A DNA stretch of 55,129 nucleotides from an uncultured Candidatus Saccharibacteria bacterium (lineage in GTDB: Bacteria > Patescibacteriota > Minisyncoccia > Phycocordibacterales > UBA9973). The notes beneath the pieces are model-generated. The model saw only the letters and a program-made list of their open reading frames with translations, made no database searches and was not told the DNA's origin. The position numbers were made by a program, and so were the translations under genes. The stretch spans positions 49,875 through 105,003 of the forward strand of contig CAYMIO010000001.1 of assembly GCA_964390875.1 (NCBI GenBank). Direction: 5' to 3'. Position 1 is the first letter of the stretch. Each line of letters starts with the position of its first letter. Below are positions 54,345-55,129 of the stretch, in pieces.

Positions 54345-55082
54345 ATGACATACCCAATGGCTGCAAAGCTCATAAAGTCGCTCCACAAGAAGAAATCCCG
54401 AGAAGAGGCGGGTAAGTTCCTGGTAGAGGGCGGAAAGAACGTAGAAGAGCTCCTGGCGAGCGATTTTCGCATCGATTTTCTCTATACCACCAAAGATTTC
54501 GAGAAAGCTCACCGAAAGGCTATCGATGCCAAGAAGATCCGCACGCAGATAGTGGAAGGAAGTGAACTCGTGGCACTTGGCACGCTTCTTCAGAACGATG
54601 GCGCGCTTGCTGTCGTTTACCAAAAAGAAGTCAAAGAACCGGCTATCAGTGGCGTCACGCTCGTACTTGATGAGATTCGCGATCCCGGAAATCTTGGTAC
54701 GCTCATCCGTATTGCCGACTGGTATGGCATTAAAAATATCGTGTGTTCGGAAAACTGTGTGGACTGGTATAATCCGAAAGTGGTTTCAGCGACCATGGGT
54801 TCGTTCACTCGCGTCGCTCCGCTTTACACTGATATTGTAGAATTTCTGAAAAAACAAAAAGCACCTATTCTCGGCGCATTTCTTGAGGGAGAATCAACAC
54901 ACAGCTTTTCGTTTCCAAAAGAAGGTTTCCTTATCATTGGTAGCGAGTCGCACGGTATCAGTAGGGAAGTGGGAAGACTCGTCACACAAAAAATCACCAT
55001 TCCGAAATTCGGAAAAGCCGAATCACTGAATGCAGCGATAGCAGGAGCGGTGATACTTGATAGGTGGAAGGGAGGGAAATAG
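54345..55082 (+). CDS. TrmH/SpoU-family RNA 2'-O-methyltransferase
   Basis: LDEIRDPGNLGTLIRIADWYG, LIIGSESHGIS, PKFGKAESLNAAIAGAVIL. An extended -10 (TGCTATGAT) lies 6 nt upstream of the ATG at 54345. Confidence 0.88.
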   Translation: MTYPMAAKLIKSLHKKKSREEAGKFLVEGGKNVEELLASDFRIDFLYTTKDFEKAHRKAIDAKKIRTQIVEGSELVALGTLLQNDGALAVVYQKEVKEPAISGVTLVLDEIRDPGNLGTLIRIADWYGIKNIVCSENCVDWYNPKVVSATMGSFTRVAPLYTDIVEFLKKQKAPILGAFLEGESTHSFSFPKEGFLIIGSESHGISREVGRLVTQKITIPKFGKAESLNAAIAGAVILDRWKGGK

Positions 55083-55129
55083 AAATACATACACTAAAGG
55101 CCGGCGCGCTTCAACGCATCGGCGACCTC

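Noticed and set aside
1-55129. Alternative genetic code (UGA as Gly or Trp, as in some CPR lineages).
   Set aside because: Conserved proteins end at natural lengths on TGA, for example msrA at 8352-8354 and the cohesin-like gene at 46462-46464. No conserved gene is interrupted by an in-frame TGA.
1-55129. CRISPR arrays, prophage, transposons or integrons.
   Set aside because: I saw no direct-repeat/spacer periodicity and no integrase, transposase or phage structural motifs. The only repeats are intragenic coding repeats.

Overview
This 55.1-kb bacterial window uses the standard genetic code (UGA is a stop) and is about 90% coding, with around 60 genes mostly on the + strand. The content looks like a reduced-genome, monoderm Patescibacteria/CPR (Parcubacteria-like) organism. 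That lineage call is inference from gene content only. Housekeeping genes I recognise are secA, msrB-msrA, rsmE, a TrmH-family methyltransferase, an M1 aminopeptidase, two ABC systems, a CaCA antiporter, DedA, an AI-2E transporter, Fur plus YibE/F, an OmpR-type regulator with a degenerate kinase, tRNA-Gln(CUG) and RNase P RNA. No transposase, integrase, CRISPR array or rRNA is visible. About one third of the window encodes secreted or anchored surface proteins. The best candidate for an undescribed system is the co-directional, partly overlapping gene string from 35.7 to 48.6 kb, directly downstream of secA. It holds a 1822-aa LamG/lectin-like giant protein, two paralogous subunits whose shared C-terminal module looks like a WxL domain with Tyr in place of Trp, and a CscA-like (DUF916/DUF3324-like) anchored protein. 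It also holds one dockerin-bearing protein, two membrane-anchored cohesin-like proteins and an anchored solute-binding-domain protein. Other points are a shared C-terminal anchor motif on two adjacent surface proteins, a T9SS-type C-terminal domain, an RNase P RNA with a ~109-nt inserted helix, an orphan promoter driving a structured ORF-less region, an AT-rich tract with a DnaA box, a SET-domain methyltransferase alongside lysine-rich mini-proteins, and many -10 hexamers 6-8 nt upstream of start codons (leaderless architecture). All family assignments come from motif recognition by eye. No searches were run.
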